Both the position numbers and the translations under genes were made by a program. This document shows positions 1 through 10,031 of a DNA stretch of 64,000 bases, one piece after another (positions within the stretch are counted from its first letter, which is position 1; each line of letters begins with the position of its first letter). The notes below the pieces were generated by a model, which was given only the letters and a program-made list of their open reading frames with translations, did no database searches and was not told the DNA's origin. The DNA comes from Candidatus Binatia bacterium (GTDB lineage Bacteria > Desulfobacterota > Binatia > UBA9968 > CAXXLF01), in assembly GCA_963664015.2 (NCBI GenBank), contig CAXXLF010000002.1, positions 768,001-832,000 on the forward strand, in the 5' to 3' direction.

Positions 1-665
1 TATGCGGAACCGGGAGTTGAAGGTGCGCCGTTAAAACCAATGACCCCATCGGTAGCGAGAGTCGCTTTGATTGCGTCGGATTCAAAATGACCATCAAGAA
101 ATTCCCTAACGCTCGAGCGCATGATCTTGGCAAGCGCTGCAAGGGAGGATGGATCTCTCCAACCGAGTGCAAGCAACTCGCCGCCGAGGGACAGGCATCG
201 TTTCCAATCGTCACTCCCCATGGGAGGAAGATTAGGCGGCGTCTTTCTGAATTGGGACTCGGCGAAGACTGCAAGCCGATTGACGAGCGCCTCATAATCG
301 GCATAATGGGACGCGTCGCGCCGGGAGAATCTGGCCATTTCATCAAATGTCTTTTTTCCATCCTGCCAGAAAAACAGACCCCGGCCGTCCGGATGCGGAG
401 TGTACGAGACCGGATCCTTGGGAAAGATGGCGTAGCCGAAACGATGCAATTCCAATTCGGCGACAACTCCAGGATCCAGGAGACTGCACACGTATGAGGC
501 CGTGGATATTCGATGTCTGGGAAAGGTCTCTTCGGTGACACACACTCCACCCACGATGGACCGCCGCTCGAGGACCAGGACATTGAGCCCATTGCGAACC
601 AGGTATCCGGCGGTTACCAGGCCGTTGTGACCGGCACCGATAATGATGGCATCGAATTTTCTCAC
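1..665 (-). CDS. Phytoene desaturase-family FAD-dependent oxidoreductase (5' part; runs off the window)
   Basis: Absent from the ORF track. Manual translation from GTG at 665: VRKFDAIIIGAGHNGLVTAGYL...VLERRSIVGG...STASYVCSLL...FESDAIKATLATDGVIG, with a Rossmann GxGxxG motif. Confidence 0.85.
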   Translation of the reverse strand, partial: MRKFDAIIIGAGHNGLVTAGYLVRNGLNVLVLERRSIVGGVCVTEETFPRHRISTASYVCSLLDPGVVAELELHRFGYAIFPKDPVSYTPHPDGRGLFFWQDGKKTFDEMARFSRRDASHYADYEALVNRLAVFAESQFRKTPPNLPPMGSDDWKRCLSLGGELLALGWRDPSSLAALAKIMRSSVREFLDGHFESDAIKATLATDGVIGFNGAPSTPGSA

Positions 666-763
666 GGAGGAAAGCTTGGGCAGGGAACCCGTGCCTTTAG
701 TTCGTAAACAGAACGGGGCTCAAAGTCCCGCCGGTCCCAGCGGCTCACGAGGGAAGCCCGGAA

Positions 764-1804
764 TTACTCCTTGACGATCTGTACCTCGGCCTTCACGCCG
801 TTATCGGCGAGTGCCTGCAGATACTCCTGGTGAATCTCCGGAGGCTCCTCATCGAAGGGGAGCATATAATGGAGCGGCGTACGGTAACGGTCCTGGCTAT
901 ACTTGGGGCTTCTCCCCCGCATGGCAAAGTGCCGCATGGTCGTAGCGCCGGTATTGAAATGACCGTGGAACATGAGATCGCCAGGCGAGTAGATAGATCC
1001 GGGTTGAACCTCAAAGCGCTGGCGCGCTTCGTCTTCGCGCCAAACCATCCCGAATCCGTTTCCCTGGGTCACGCAAACGATGGCACCGGGGCCATGCCGA
1101 TGAAAGGTGCTGCGGCTACCTACGGGTATTTCTTGAACGTGACAGCCATAGGTGGTGCCCGCCAATCCGAAACGCATGATCTTCACACCTTTGCCTTTCA
1201 TCGGATAATCGTCCAGGGAAAAGGTATTGACGTCAGGAATCAGGTTGGTTTCCCAGCTGCGGGTCGTCAGCTGCACGTTGTGACTGAAATAATCGGGTTC
1301 GTTGGCGAAGCGATCCCGGAACTGGAACGGGTTGCGAAAGATGAAATCCTCGTTATGAAACAAATTCATCAAATGGGGCAAATTGGTTCCCGCCAGAATG
1401 CGAACGGGTTCGTCCTTGGAAACGTTGAAATGCTGATAAGAGACATTCAAAGGGATGGCAAAGACAGCGCCGGCGCTCCATTCGAATGTACGTTTGGTAT
1501 TATCCTCATGCCAGAGGGTGGTGGCACCGCTGCCGGCGCCCACATGAATCAGGGTCTCGAACAAATGGCGCTGGGGCAGGGTCTGACTGGCCGGCGGAAT
1601 CTCACACACATAGGCGTCCGTGTCATCCTGGTCGCCCATGTTCAGGTAACAACCCAATGCTCCCATCCGTTTCCACGGTTGGACCTCAACCGTCTTGAAA
1701 TCCTCCAGGAAATAGCCGTGGATGACTGGAAGCCCTTCTTTGGACAAAAACTCTTCGTAGGGCGTTGCACCCAGATCAATCGCATCTCTGATCGGCAGTT
1801 TCAT
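764..1804 (-). CDS. Bicupin protein, probable dioxygenase-like; paralogue of 39209..40381
   Basis: Two cupin halves (PQRHLFE...GxGxT; FHRHGPGA...FHGHFN), 346 aa. Confidence 0.75.
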   Translation of the reverse strand: MKLPIRDAIDLGATPYEEFLSKEGLPVIHGYFLEDFKTVEVQPWKRMGALGCYLNMGDQDDTDAYVCEIPPASQTLPQRHLFETLIHVGAGSGATTLWHEDNTKRTFEWSAGAVFAIPLNVSYQHFNVSKDEPVRILAGTNLPHLMNLFHNEDFIFRNPFQFRDRFANEPDYFSHNVQLTTRSWETNLIPDVNTFSLDDYPMKGKGVKIMRFGLAGTTYGCHVQEIPVGSRSTFHRHGPGAIVCVTQGNGFGMVWREDEARQRFEVQPGSIYSPGDLMFHGHFNTGATTMRHFAMRGRSPKYSQDRYRTPLHYMLPFDEEPPEIHQEYLQALADNGVKAEVQIVKE

Positions 1805-1980
1805 GGCTCGGATACCTCCGGGAAAGAATTCTGGACACCCAACTTAGCCCCAATTGAGCAAAGGCGTCAACCGCTCATCAAATCAGACTATGTGGACAAC
1901 CGGCTTTGAATCCCCGTGGCCTATATAACTTGCAAAGGGAAAATCACCCGCTTCTCCCCTTTTTTTGGATAACCCATCGA

Positions 1981-2133
1981 TCCTTCGACTTTGCTCAGGA
2001 TGGTGAGCCTGCCCTTCGAGAGCCTCAGGGCCGTGAGCTTGTCGAATCGGTCGAACCATTATGTGCCCGCGGCTTGCCTCGGGAATTCCTACATAATGAT
2101 GGATACCACGGGCGTAAGCTCGTGGAGGCTTCA
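1981..2133. repeat. Mosaic of REP-like palindromic elements
   Basis: TCCTTCGACTTTGCTCAGGATGGTGAGCCTG...GTCGAACC interrupted by CCCTTCGAGAGCCTCAGGGCCGTGAGCTTGTCGAA, then CCGCGGCTTGCCTCGG and CCACGGGCGTAAGCTCGTGGAGGCTTCA. Confidence 0.65.
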
Positions 2134-2892
2134 CCTACGAAACAGTGTTTTTCCATTTTTCCCCAGGACTCGTTCGATGTCGCTGCTGAAGAGTCCCGGT
2201 TTGCCGCTCAGAAACTCCATGGCCGTCCTACCCGCTTTGGTTTCGGCGGTCGTGAATTTCTGCCGGCGTCGGTAGTCGTGTTTATCAATGTAACGCTCCA
2301 GCGTATCCCTGAGAGACCTGGCCTTTTGGGCCTGAACCTCCCGTAGTAACCCGAAATTGGGGTGGTTGAAGGATTGTTCCTCGGTCAGGAGAAAGTGAAG
2401 CAAACAGATTCCCTGTGAGGTTTCGTAGTTTTCGAAGAACTCCTTTTCCTGTAGATGGTCCAGGAATTCTTTCAAATGATAGGACTCGAATTGTGTAACG
2501 TAGCGGCAGACGGGACAGCTCTTCTGCTTGATCATGGGACGAATTTTGCGTTGTCTCTTGGCAAAAACCGATTTGAGGGTCTTCTTTTTTGTCCCTGTGC
2601 CGGCCCCTGCCAGGTTATCGAACTTCCTCAAGAGATCCGAGGCAAGAATGGCAAAGCCAAGATCCGGTGAACTGATATGGGGTAGGCCGGAAAGCTGCCA
2701 GGTATGCCAGTTGCACAGCCCGAATGAGTCGATCAACTCCATGCGCGTCGGGACATCCATAATGCGCTCATACATCATACTGTCCAGGTAGCCGAGGCCA
2801 TCCTGGATGACGAGGCTGCAGATGGGGCACCCCGCCTCACCCAGGGTATCCAGGAGCTTGAAATAAGAGCGTCCCTTGCGCACAGATTCCAT
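2131..2892 (-). CDS. DUF6062-like protein with two CPxC/CxxH zinc-binding-type repeats
   Basis: GCPIC...GLCNWH and SCPVC...GICLLH; likely start MESVRK at 2892. Confidence 0.7.
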   Translation of the reverse strand: MESVRKGRSYFKLLDTLGEAGCPICSLVIQDGLGYLDSMMYERIMDVPTRMELIDSFGLCNWHTWQLSGLPHISSPDLGFAILASDLLRKFDNLAGAGTGTKKKTLKSVFAKRQRKIRPMIKQKSCPVCRYVTQFESYHLKEFLDHLQEKEFFENYETSQGICLLHFLLTEEQSFNHPNFGLLREVQAQKARSLRDTLERYIDKHDYRRRQKFTTAETKAGRTAMEFLSGKPGLFSSDIERVLGKNGKTLFRR

Positions 2893-3065
2893 GCCCTGTG
2901 CATAGCACCCCCGCTCCCGAATTGGCAACGAAGACACAAGGAGATCAAACTCGGTCAACTAGAACCATCTTGACGAGGGATCCATCCATACGATAGAAAG
3001 CCAATTGGGCAAGGGCTGGCGTGAGACCCCGGGAAAGCCCATAAGGATTAGAATAAGGACGCACT

Positions 3066-4328
3066 ATGGCAAATGAAACGACGACCGGACCAGGAACATC
3101 TACAACAGTGGATCCAAACACGGTCGTCATCAGCAGTCGGGAAAAACAGATTGTCCTGTGGTTGAACAACATCAACCATATGATGAACCATTTTCAGAAC
3201 CAGATCGTATTCGTTATGTACCCGACCATCGCAAGAGAGATGGGTTTCGGCCCGCTTCAGTTGAGCCTCCTCACTGCCGGGCGAAGCATCTTCAACAACT
3301 GGGCGCAGCTGGGGTACGGATTTATCACACCGTTTGTTCCCCGCTTTCAGCTCCTAGGCATTACTAGCCTGATATACGCCATAGGTACCTTTCTTAGCGG
3401 CACCGCGTGGAGCTTCCTGAGCTTCCTCGGGATTCGCTGCCTCGCGGCACTGGGCTCAAGCTCCATGCACCCTGTAGGCACCAGCCTGCTGGCCAGTTAC
3501 TTCAGGGAGACTCGAGGTGCAGTGCTGGCTCTGAACAGCACCATGTCCCAGGTGGGCAGCATCATGGCTCCCTTACTAGGCGGGTTTTTACTAATTACCA
3601 TCGGTTGGCGAAATACCTTCTTCAGCGTAGCTATCCTGAGCGTCCTGATGGCCTTAGCCTACTTCTTTTTTCGGGATCGTGTCAGGGACACGACCAAGAC
3701 CACCGAGTCGAATAAGGCAAAACTCGCCCGTAGCAAAAGCAGTTATCTGCGCCTGCTGCGCAACCGCAATTTCATGCTCATCGCCCTCGTATTTCTCATA
3801 GGCGGTGCCGGTCGGGGTGAGGTGATGCCGACTTACCTACCCCTCTACCTTGAGCGGGATTTCGGTTTTGCCACCACCTTCACCATCACAGTGCTCTTTC
3901 TATTCCAACTGGGCGGTCTCGCGGGCCCCCTCCTGTTCGGATGGTTCTCCGACCGGGGCTCCCGTAAACGGGTCACTCAGGCCTCTTTGGCACTTTCGGG
4001 GCTGGGCGCCATCGGATTGGCATGGCAAGGACCTAACCCGATTCTGATCATCCTCAACGTTATCTTCTTTGGCGCGGTCACCCACTCCCGAGGGAGTCTG
4101 ACCCAGGCCATGGTGGCCGACTCGGTAACCGAAGAGGACCAGGACGCGGCATTTAGCCTCTATTTCTTTCTCGGGTTCCTATCGGCCCCGGTCTGGGCGA
4201 TCGTGACCGGCTACCTGTTTCAGGCCTACAGCTTCACGGCGGCCTTTTCGGTCATGTCACTGAGCTTCTTTGCCGCCATGATCGCGATGAACCTGGTGCA
4301 GGATACCCAACCCCGTCGTGCCGCCTGA
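3066..4328 (+). CDS. MFS transporter
   Basis: 420 aa with about 12 hydrophobic segments; motif A-like GWFSDRGSRK. Confidence 0.9.
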   Translation: MANETTTGPGTSTTVDPNTVVISSREKQIVLWLNNINHMMNHFQNQIVFVMYPTIAREMGFGPLQLSLLTAGRSIFNNWAQLGYGFITPFVPRFQLLGITSLIYAIGTFLSGTAWSFLSFLGIRCLAALGSSSMHPVGTSLLASYFRETRGAVLALNSTMSQVGSIMAPLLGGFLLITIGWRNTFFSVAILSVLMALAYFFFRDRVRDTTKTTESNKAKLARSKSSYLRLLRNRNFMLIALVFLIGGAGRGEVMPTYLPLYLERDFGFATTFTITVLFLFQLGGLAGPLLFGWFSDRGSRKRVTQASLALSGLGAIGLAWQGPNPILIILNVIFFGAVTHSRGSLTQAMVADSVTEEDQDAAFSLYFFLGFLSAPVWAIVTGYLFQAYSFTAAFSVMSLSFFAAMIAMNLVQDTQPRRAA

Positions 4329-4362
4329 GCCCCCTGCAGGGCTCCCGATGCGTTATTCTTTC

Positions 4363-4402
4363 TAAAGGCACCGGCAGACTCTCGGTTCTGCCGGTGCCTT
4401 TA
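4363..4402. terminator. Bidirectional intrinsic terminator
   Basis: Perfect inverted repeat TAAAGGCACCGGCAGA/TCTGCCGGTGCCTTTA between convergent genes. Confidence 0.75.
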
Positions 4403-4591
4403 TCCCCAATCGTAAAGACCGACATGTTAGGGAAACGTGGCGCGCAGCCTGAGTCTCCTCTCCGTGGCTAGGGCATCATTCGCCGACAGAGATAGGTAAG
4501 AGCTCTAAGTGTGTACTGGGAGAGATGATAGGTGAATCATAGGTGAAAAAGATGAAACCGCACTAGTTTACGAAGCGGGACAGGATTACGC

Positions 4592-5062
4592 TTATTCTTT
4601 GTCTCCGAGCATCGTCCCGCGGCACCGGCGCGCACCGCAGAAGCAGGCATGCTCCTTTTTCGCCTTCTTGGTATGACGTTCGGATAGCTGCAGGTTGTAG
4701 TCGTATCTGATTTCTTCGCCCTTTTTGATGTCGCGAATCGCATCGATGAAAATACGGTCATTCTCGTCATCCGTATCGCAGTTGGGGTCGCACGAGTGGT
4801 TAATCCAACGAGCCGAATTCCCTTTGCGGGTGCCGTCGATAACGATTTCATCGTTGACCGTGAAAAGCATGGTATGGGGCGAGTTGGCCTGTTCTTCCCC
4901 GAAGCGATCATCGGCCTCTTCATGAGAGATGCGCATGCCCTTGTACTCTATAACCCGACTCCCTTTCCGAATGAGTCTGAGCGCAAAGACGCCAAACCCG
5001 TGAATGGAAGAACGGCGTACCACAAGCCTCCGTTTGCCTATTTTCTTTTTTGCACGCGCCAT
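4592..5062 (-). CDS. SET-domain protein-lysine methyltransferase
   Basis: SSIHGFGVFA, ARWINHSCDPNC, EEIRYDY, post-SET CFCGARRCRG. Confidence 0.92.
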   Translation of the reverse strand: MARAKKKIGKRRLVVRRSSIHGFGVFALRLIRKGSRVIEYKGMRISHEEADDRFGEEQANSPHTMLFTVNDEIVIDGTRKGNSARWINHSCDPNCDTDDENDRIFIDAIRDIKKGEEIRYDYNLQLSERHTKKAKKEHACFCGARRCRGTMLGDKE

Positions 5063-5187
5063 GGTGAATCTTACCTCCGGTTCAATTGAAGTTGACTGTC
5101 TTTTGAGAAATGGGCGAGAGCCCAAGCTGAGAAGATATATATTAGCAACGTACGGAACCCGAGTCACTAAAAAATTGGTTCGAGAAA

Positions 5188-5817
5188 TTAGGAAAAGCTT
5201 TGCCAGTTACGGTAGGTTCGATCCGCATAGAGTTTCTTCATATCAAGCCCAATAGGGATCCCTCGACCGCTCAAATACGCGGCGATAGGCTTCAATGGTA
5301 ATCCCACAGCGGCAAGATAGTCCCCCTGGATGGCCGCGATCAGAGCCCTCCCCTCTCCCTGGATGGAATAAGCGCCGGCCTTATCGAGGGACTCACCGCA
5401 GGAGAGATAGCTTTCGATCTGTTCTTCCGAATAGGGGTGCATCTGGACCGAGACCACCTCGACCATCTCTAACCCTGGGCCTCCCTTGCCATCGACAATC
5501 GCCACGCTGGTCAAAATCCGGTGGGTTCGACCCGAAAGAACATGAAGGATACGCCTGGCATCGGCTACTCCGTTCGGCTTGCCGATCTTTTCTTCATCGA
5601 TTTGAATCATGGTGTCGCTACCGATAACGAGGCCTTCCGGGTATTGGTGGAGGACAGACCGGGCCTTACCGAGAGCAAAACACAGCACCTCATCCTCCGC
5701 AGGACGATGGGCAACCCCAAGTTCGTCATAATCCGGGGCTACGACCTCAAAGGGCAAACCAAGCAAGGTGAGAATTTCACGGCGGCGGGGAGAGGTAGAG
5801 GCGAGGATGAGCTTCAT
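5188..5817 (-). CDS. maf: Maf-family nucleoside triphosphate pyrophosphatase
   Basis: LILASTSPRRREIL, IGSDT, GKP, DKAGAYSIQG. Confidence 0.93.
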   Translation of the reverse strand: MKLILASTSPRRREILTLLGLPFEVVAPDYDELGVAHRPAEDEVLCFALGKARSVLHQYPEGLVIGSDTMIQIDEEKIGKPNGVADARRILHVLSGRTHRILTSVAIVDGKGGPGLEMVEVVSVQMHPYSEEQIESYLSCGESLDKAGAYSIQGEGRALIAAIQGDYLAAVGLPLKPIAAYLSGRGIPIGLDMKKLYADRTYRNWQSFS

Positions 5818-5829
5818 AGAAGCAGAGAT

Positions 5830-7020
5830 TCAGAGGCCTAGGGGGGCAATGACCGGACCCTCAGTTGGCTCCCACGGGGCAGGACTCTGGTTATCTCCAG
5901 TCGAAGCGATCATCGCGGTGTAGTTCCGTAGGCAGCGCACTACATCGCCTACGTCCTTTGCCTGGACCATTTGATTGCGCAACTTGGACGCTCCCGGAAT
6001 ACCCTTACAGTACCATGCCAGATGTTTACGCATCCCGACAAAACTCGGGGCGCCCGAAACCTGGTCAAAATAATTGCTGTGCTCCAGGATAACGCTGATT
6101 CGCTCTTCCAGGGACACAGGTGTCAACGGTTCCTGGCAAATCCACGCCCTGTTCTGGGAGAGCAACGCCTCTTTGAGCCGTGCCTTGCCCCGGAAGATCC
6201 ATGGGTTCCCCTGGACCGAGCGCCCAAGTAGAACACCATCGACCTGAGTCTCACGGACACGACGATAAACATCCTGCATACCTCGCAGATCCCCGTTTCC
6301 AAGGATCAATGTTCCCGAACCCTTGACCACTGAAGCTGCCAGAGCAATGGCCTCCCAATCGGCCTCGCCCTTGTACATTTGCTTGAGGGTTCGTCCGTGG
6401 AGTGAGATCACTGATGGTCTCTCCTCTAGAAGCGCTCGCATCCAATCTTCCACGACGATCCGGTCATACCCCAGGCGGGTCTTGACCGAAACCGGGATCG
6501 GGCGCCGCAGGTCCGGAGTTTCACTCCCCGTTCTGAACCGATTGACACTTTTCACCCGTTCGCTAACCTCCGGGTGCAACTCCAGGCCCGAAAGGCTCTG
6601 TCCCCGGCACCAGTCTTGGATTCCCCGACGCACGCTCCGGATGATGGACCGGGCTATATCCGGAGTCAGGATCAAAGCGGCGCCGCAGCCGTTACCGACG
6701 ACCTTGCGCGCGGGACACCCCATATTAATGTCCAGCCCATCGAAACCGAGCTCACAGACGATATGGGCAATTTTGTAGAAAAGCTCCGGGTCATGGCCAT
6801 AAACCTGGGCCACGATCGGGCGTTCCAACTCGCCATAGGTCAAATCTCTGATCAGCGTGTGCGGTGCATAGAGCGCCGTCTGGACGTTGACGAACTCGGT
6901 AAAGGTCACATCGGGACCACCATGTTTCGCGATGATGTGGCGGAAAGCCAAGTCAGTGACCCCGTCCATAGGGGAAAGGCCGACGATGGGTCTGGGGATC
7001 TTATGCCAAAAATTTTCCAT
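5830..7020 (-). CDS. dus: tRNA-dihydrouridine synthase
   Basis: LSPMDGVTD, DINMGCP, VSVKTRLG, LHGRT, GNGD, MRKHLAWY. Confidence 0.92.
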   Translation of the reverse strand: MENFWHKIPRPIVGLSPMDGVTDLAFRHIIAKHGGPDVTFTEFVNVQTALYAPHTLIRDLTYGELERPIVAQVYGHDPELFYKIAHIVCELGFDGLDINMGCPARKVVGNGCGAALILTPDIARSIIRSVRRGIQDWCRGQSLSGLELHPEVSERVKSVNRFRTGSETPDLRRPIPVSVKTRLGYDRIVVEDWMRALLEERPSVISLHGRTLKQMYKGEADWEAIALAASVVKGSGTLILGNGDLRGMQDVYRRVRETQVDGVLLGRSVQGNPWIFRGKARLKEALLSQNRAWICQEPLTPVSLEERISVILEHSNYFDQVSGAPSFVGMRKHLAWYCKGIPGASKLRNQMVQAKDVGDVVRCLRNYTAMIASTGDNQSPAPWEPTEGPVIAPLGL

Positions 7021-7220
7021 GAAGCCTACACGGGCTTACGCCCGTGGTATCCCTCTTTCTTCGGCGGAATCCACCGAAACGCCCTCCTTGCCTACTCCGC
7101 CGAAGCAGCTGTTTGGGCTGCGAAGGCCGGTCGCTCTTCGAGCTTCGGCCCGTCGCCCGTAGGCTTTAGGGCGGAGAGTTTGTCCATCGCATTCATCCAT
7201 GGGCTTACGCGAAGGCGGAT
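7020..7220 (+). repeat. MITE/REP-like element (longest copy) with an internal REP-like insert
   Basis: Starts TGAAGCCTACACGGGCTTACGCCCGTGGTATCC and ends CATCCATGGGCTTACGCGAAGGCGGAT; matches copies at 2101, 20687 and 57655. Confidence 0.7.
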
Positions 7221-7335
7221 GGAATTAGACAACTCTGGTTATGATAGCAAAGCTCCCCGATAGGAACAACAACTGGAATAGTCGATCAGAATACAGTATA
7301 AAATAGAATATTAACCCGCATTAGGAGGTAATGAA

Positions 7336-7953
7336 ATGAGCCTGTTTAGACGTACGGCCATAAAGATGCTAGCTATGGGTTCCCTTCTTTTTGCCATCGG
7401 GCTATTGCCCGGCGAGCGCGCCCACAGCCAGCTCCAAGGGAAACAACACAAAGTAATCTTTACAACCAACCTCGGGGCCTTCGTCGTCGAGTTGTATCCG
7501 GACAAGGCCCCCATCAGTGTGAAGAACTTCCTCGACTATGTGGACTCTGGATTTTTCGACAACACCATCTTCCACCGCGTCATTCCCGGTTTCATGATAC
7601 AAGGCGGGGGATTCGGCCCGGATCTGAAGCGCAAAAAGACCCGCTCCCCAATCAAGAATGAGGCCGACAACGGTCTCAAGAATAAACGCGGCACCCTTTC
7701 TATGGCCCGTACGAATGAGATTCACAGCGCCATGTCCCAGTTTTTCATCAGCGTCAAAAACAACGATTTTCTAGATCACGGTACCCAGGATTTCGGTTAC
7801 GCGGTCTTTGCAAGGGTGATCGCGGGGATGGAGGTGGTCGACAAGATTGCCGCTGTCCCGACGGGCAATAGCGGCTACATGAAAAATATACCCAAACCTC
7901 CGGTGGTCATCCAGTCGGCGCGTCGCGAACCGGAACCGGGAAAGCCCAATTGA
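7336..7953 (+). CDS. ppiA: Cyclophilin-type peptidyl-prolyl isomerase with signal peptide
   Basis: [41 protein letters not shown]. Confidence 0.93.
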   Translation: MSLFRRTAIKMLAMGSLLFAIGLLPGERAHSQLQGKQHKVIFTTNLGAFVVELYPDKAPISVKNFLDYVDSGFFDNTIFHRVIPGFMIQGGGFGPDLKRKKTRSPIKNEADNGLKNKRGTLSMARTNEIHSAMSQFFISVKNNDFLDHGTQDFGYAVFARVIAGMEVVDKIAAVPTGNSGYMKNIPKPPVVIQSARREPEPGKPN

Positions 7954-8031
7954 CAAACCCAACGACCCAAGAGTAATAAGTCATGTTTCCAAACAGTGCT
8001 ATCGGCTCAAAGCCCCTTGAGGAGAATCTTT

Positions 8032-8700
8032 ATGACTGCCATGCCTGACGAACAAACAATGGCCGACCTCTGGCAAGAGATCGATGCCCTGAGCCGGAGC
8101 TTCTACGACCAGGTTTATGAAGTATCCAAAGAGTTCTGGGCCACCAAGCCTTCCGGCGAGCGCCTCAACCAGTGGCTCACGGAAAGGGTCTGGAGCGAAC
8201 GGGAGGGCGCCAAGATGCACGCCTACGTGGTCGTGCAGATGGCTGAAGTCCTTGAATCTCAGGATTTGGTTTTTTTGGCTCAACAGGCTGCCGACGAGGC
8301 GCACCATTGCCAGTTGGTCGGCGATTGTTTAAAAACACGGGGACTGAGTCTCAAAGGCTACGAACCCGCCCCTCGCTGGCGGGCCATCTTTCAAGAAGAC
8401 TACGATGCGGCCGATACACGCGATCCTATTCTCCTCTTCTCTATCCTCCATATGGGAGGAGAGGGTCCGGCTTCTGCGACGGCCAAGGCCGCAGCGGAGG
8501 CACTGAAGGACACCCCGGATGCGGATATTGGCCGGGCCTACGAGAAGATCTACCCGGAGGAGGCAGGCCACTGGAAGGCGGGACGGGACGCCCTCAAACG
8601 CCACGCCACCACCCCAGAGGCACTGGAACGGTGCCATGAGGCCCTCAAGACAAAGGCCAAACGGCTCTTCTCGGGATACAAACGGATGGCCAAGGAATGA
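8032..8700 (+). CDS. Ferritin-like diiron-domain protein of unknown function
   Basis: Two spaced ExxH motifs (ADEAHH, EEAGHW) plus upstream glutamates; helical composition. Confidence 0.65.
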   Translation: MTAMPDEQTMADLWQEIDALSRSFYDQVYEVSKEFWATKPSGERLNQWLTERVWSEREGAKMHAYVVVQMAEVLESQDLVFLAQQAADEAHHCQLVGDCLKTRGLSLKGYEPAPRWRAIFQEDYDAADTRDPILLFSILHMGGEGPASATAKAAAEALKDTPDADIGRAYEKIYPEEAGHWKAGRDALKRHATTPEALERCHEALKTKAKRLFSGYKRMAKE

Positions 8701-8888
8701 GACTTACGCATCCTCAACTGCATTAACCACGTCGGCCTCTCGGGCAAGGTCCTCCATCTCTACATTCTTCAGGAAAAGAACCATCGTGTTTCCTTCTTTC
8801 CCCCGTGGAGGAAGCTCCCGATCAAGGCGACTCATCTTAATCGTGAATAATACTTCAAAGCCATGAGTGTCACTCCGTGGTACGGGGT

Positions 8889-9746
8889 TTAAAGGGTGAT
8901 GATCAAAATGGACCCGGCTACCGTGGTAACAGCACCGACGACCACCCTCAGATTGAGCACTTCCAAGTCACGAAGAAAAATCGTGGTGAGAAGAAGAGAA
9001 AGAACCGGATTTGCTCCGATCAGAGGGTTGACGACAACGACCTTGCCGTAACTCAAGGCATAAAAGGCCGACAGCATGGCCGCCGTATGTGCAGATCCGG
9101 CCGCCAGGAACCAGGCGAAAGACCTCCGTGTCAACGAAAAGGACCGCCACCCCCCTTGGGCCTGGTGCATTATCGCTCCAACAACGACCGCCGTGGTTGC
9201 TGATGTAGTCGCCGCCATCAAGGGGAGGTTCGCGATGAGCAATCCGAGCTTACGCAGAATGGAGGCTGAAGCGAAACAGAACGAGGCTAGGGCCGGATAG
9301 ATCAGGTCGAGCTTCCGCCAGTGGGATTTTTGCGTCTGGGACCCGGAAAGAATCACAATATCAAGGATGACCAGGGATGTGCCTATGATATTTTGCGCTG
9401 GCCAAATCTCTCCTACCAGAATAACGGCCATAATTGAGGAAAACATCGGCGACGTGTTGGTAATAGGCACCGAACGCGCTACCCCGATACGTTCGATCGA
9501 TATGAAGGTCATGAGTCGGCCGATGGCCGGGGCAAAAATTCCGCCGGCAATAAAGTACCAAATCGCCTGCGTATTAAAACTAGACAGAGGTATTGAGAAC
9601 AAGGTAACGAGCCAAAGCAAAACGGCGGAGATGATGATGGAGACGATGGTACCGGTGGCCGAATTGGAGGTCACCAGACCGCGCCGTATCAGAATATGGG
9701 AGGCGGAAAAGCAAAAGGCGGCCTGAATAGCAAAGTAGATACTCAT
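8889..9746 (-). CDS. EamA/DMT transporter
   Basis: 285 aa with two EamA halves; paralogue of 13900-16465. Confidence 0.9.
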   Translation of the reverse strand: MSIYFAIQAAFCFSASHILIRRGLVTSNSATGTIVSIIISAVLLWLVTLFSIPLSSFNTQAIWYFIAGGIFAPAIGRLMTFISIERIGVARSVPITNTSPMFSSIMAVILVGEIWPAQNIIGTSLVILDIVILSGSQTQKSHWRKLDLIYPALASFCFASASILRKLGLLIANLPLMAATTSATTAVVVGAIMHQAQGGWRSFSLTRRSFAWFLAAGSAHTAAMLSAFYALSYGKVVVVNPLIGANPVLSLLLTTIFLRDLEVLNLRVVVGAVTTVAGSILIITL

Positions 9747-10031
9747 AGTTGGCCAGAATGAACTCAGAACATGTCAAGACATTGGATTGACACGGGAATC
9801 CTGGTCTCATGATCACACACGCTCCTGGGCAACCCGAACCTGAGTCTTATCTTCTCCACCCTGGAGTGTCAATCTTCTTCACGAACAAGATGAACTTGAC
9901 AACGAATACGGGTTTCCATATTCTCTCAGACACGTCCCTTCCGGATGGCAGGGGCGTCCTCCTAATGTTCTTTGTGCTGAGCTTTTGATAGGGGTCAGGA
10001 CCTGACGGGAACCAGAGAAAAGGAGAAGCCA

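Noticed and set aside
830-1909. Long antisense ORFs (also 6574..7263, 9879..10658, 50047..50817)
   Set aside because: They are shadows of well-supported genes on the opposite strand and have no motifs of their own.
1883-2346. Small ORFs across the 1.9-2.1 kb intergenic region
   Set aside because: They are translations of palindromic repeats; RAYARGI recurs at the 7020 copy.
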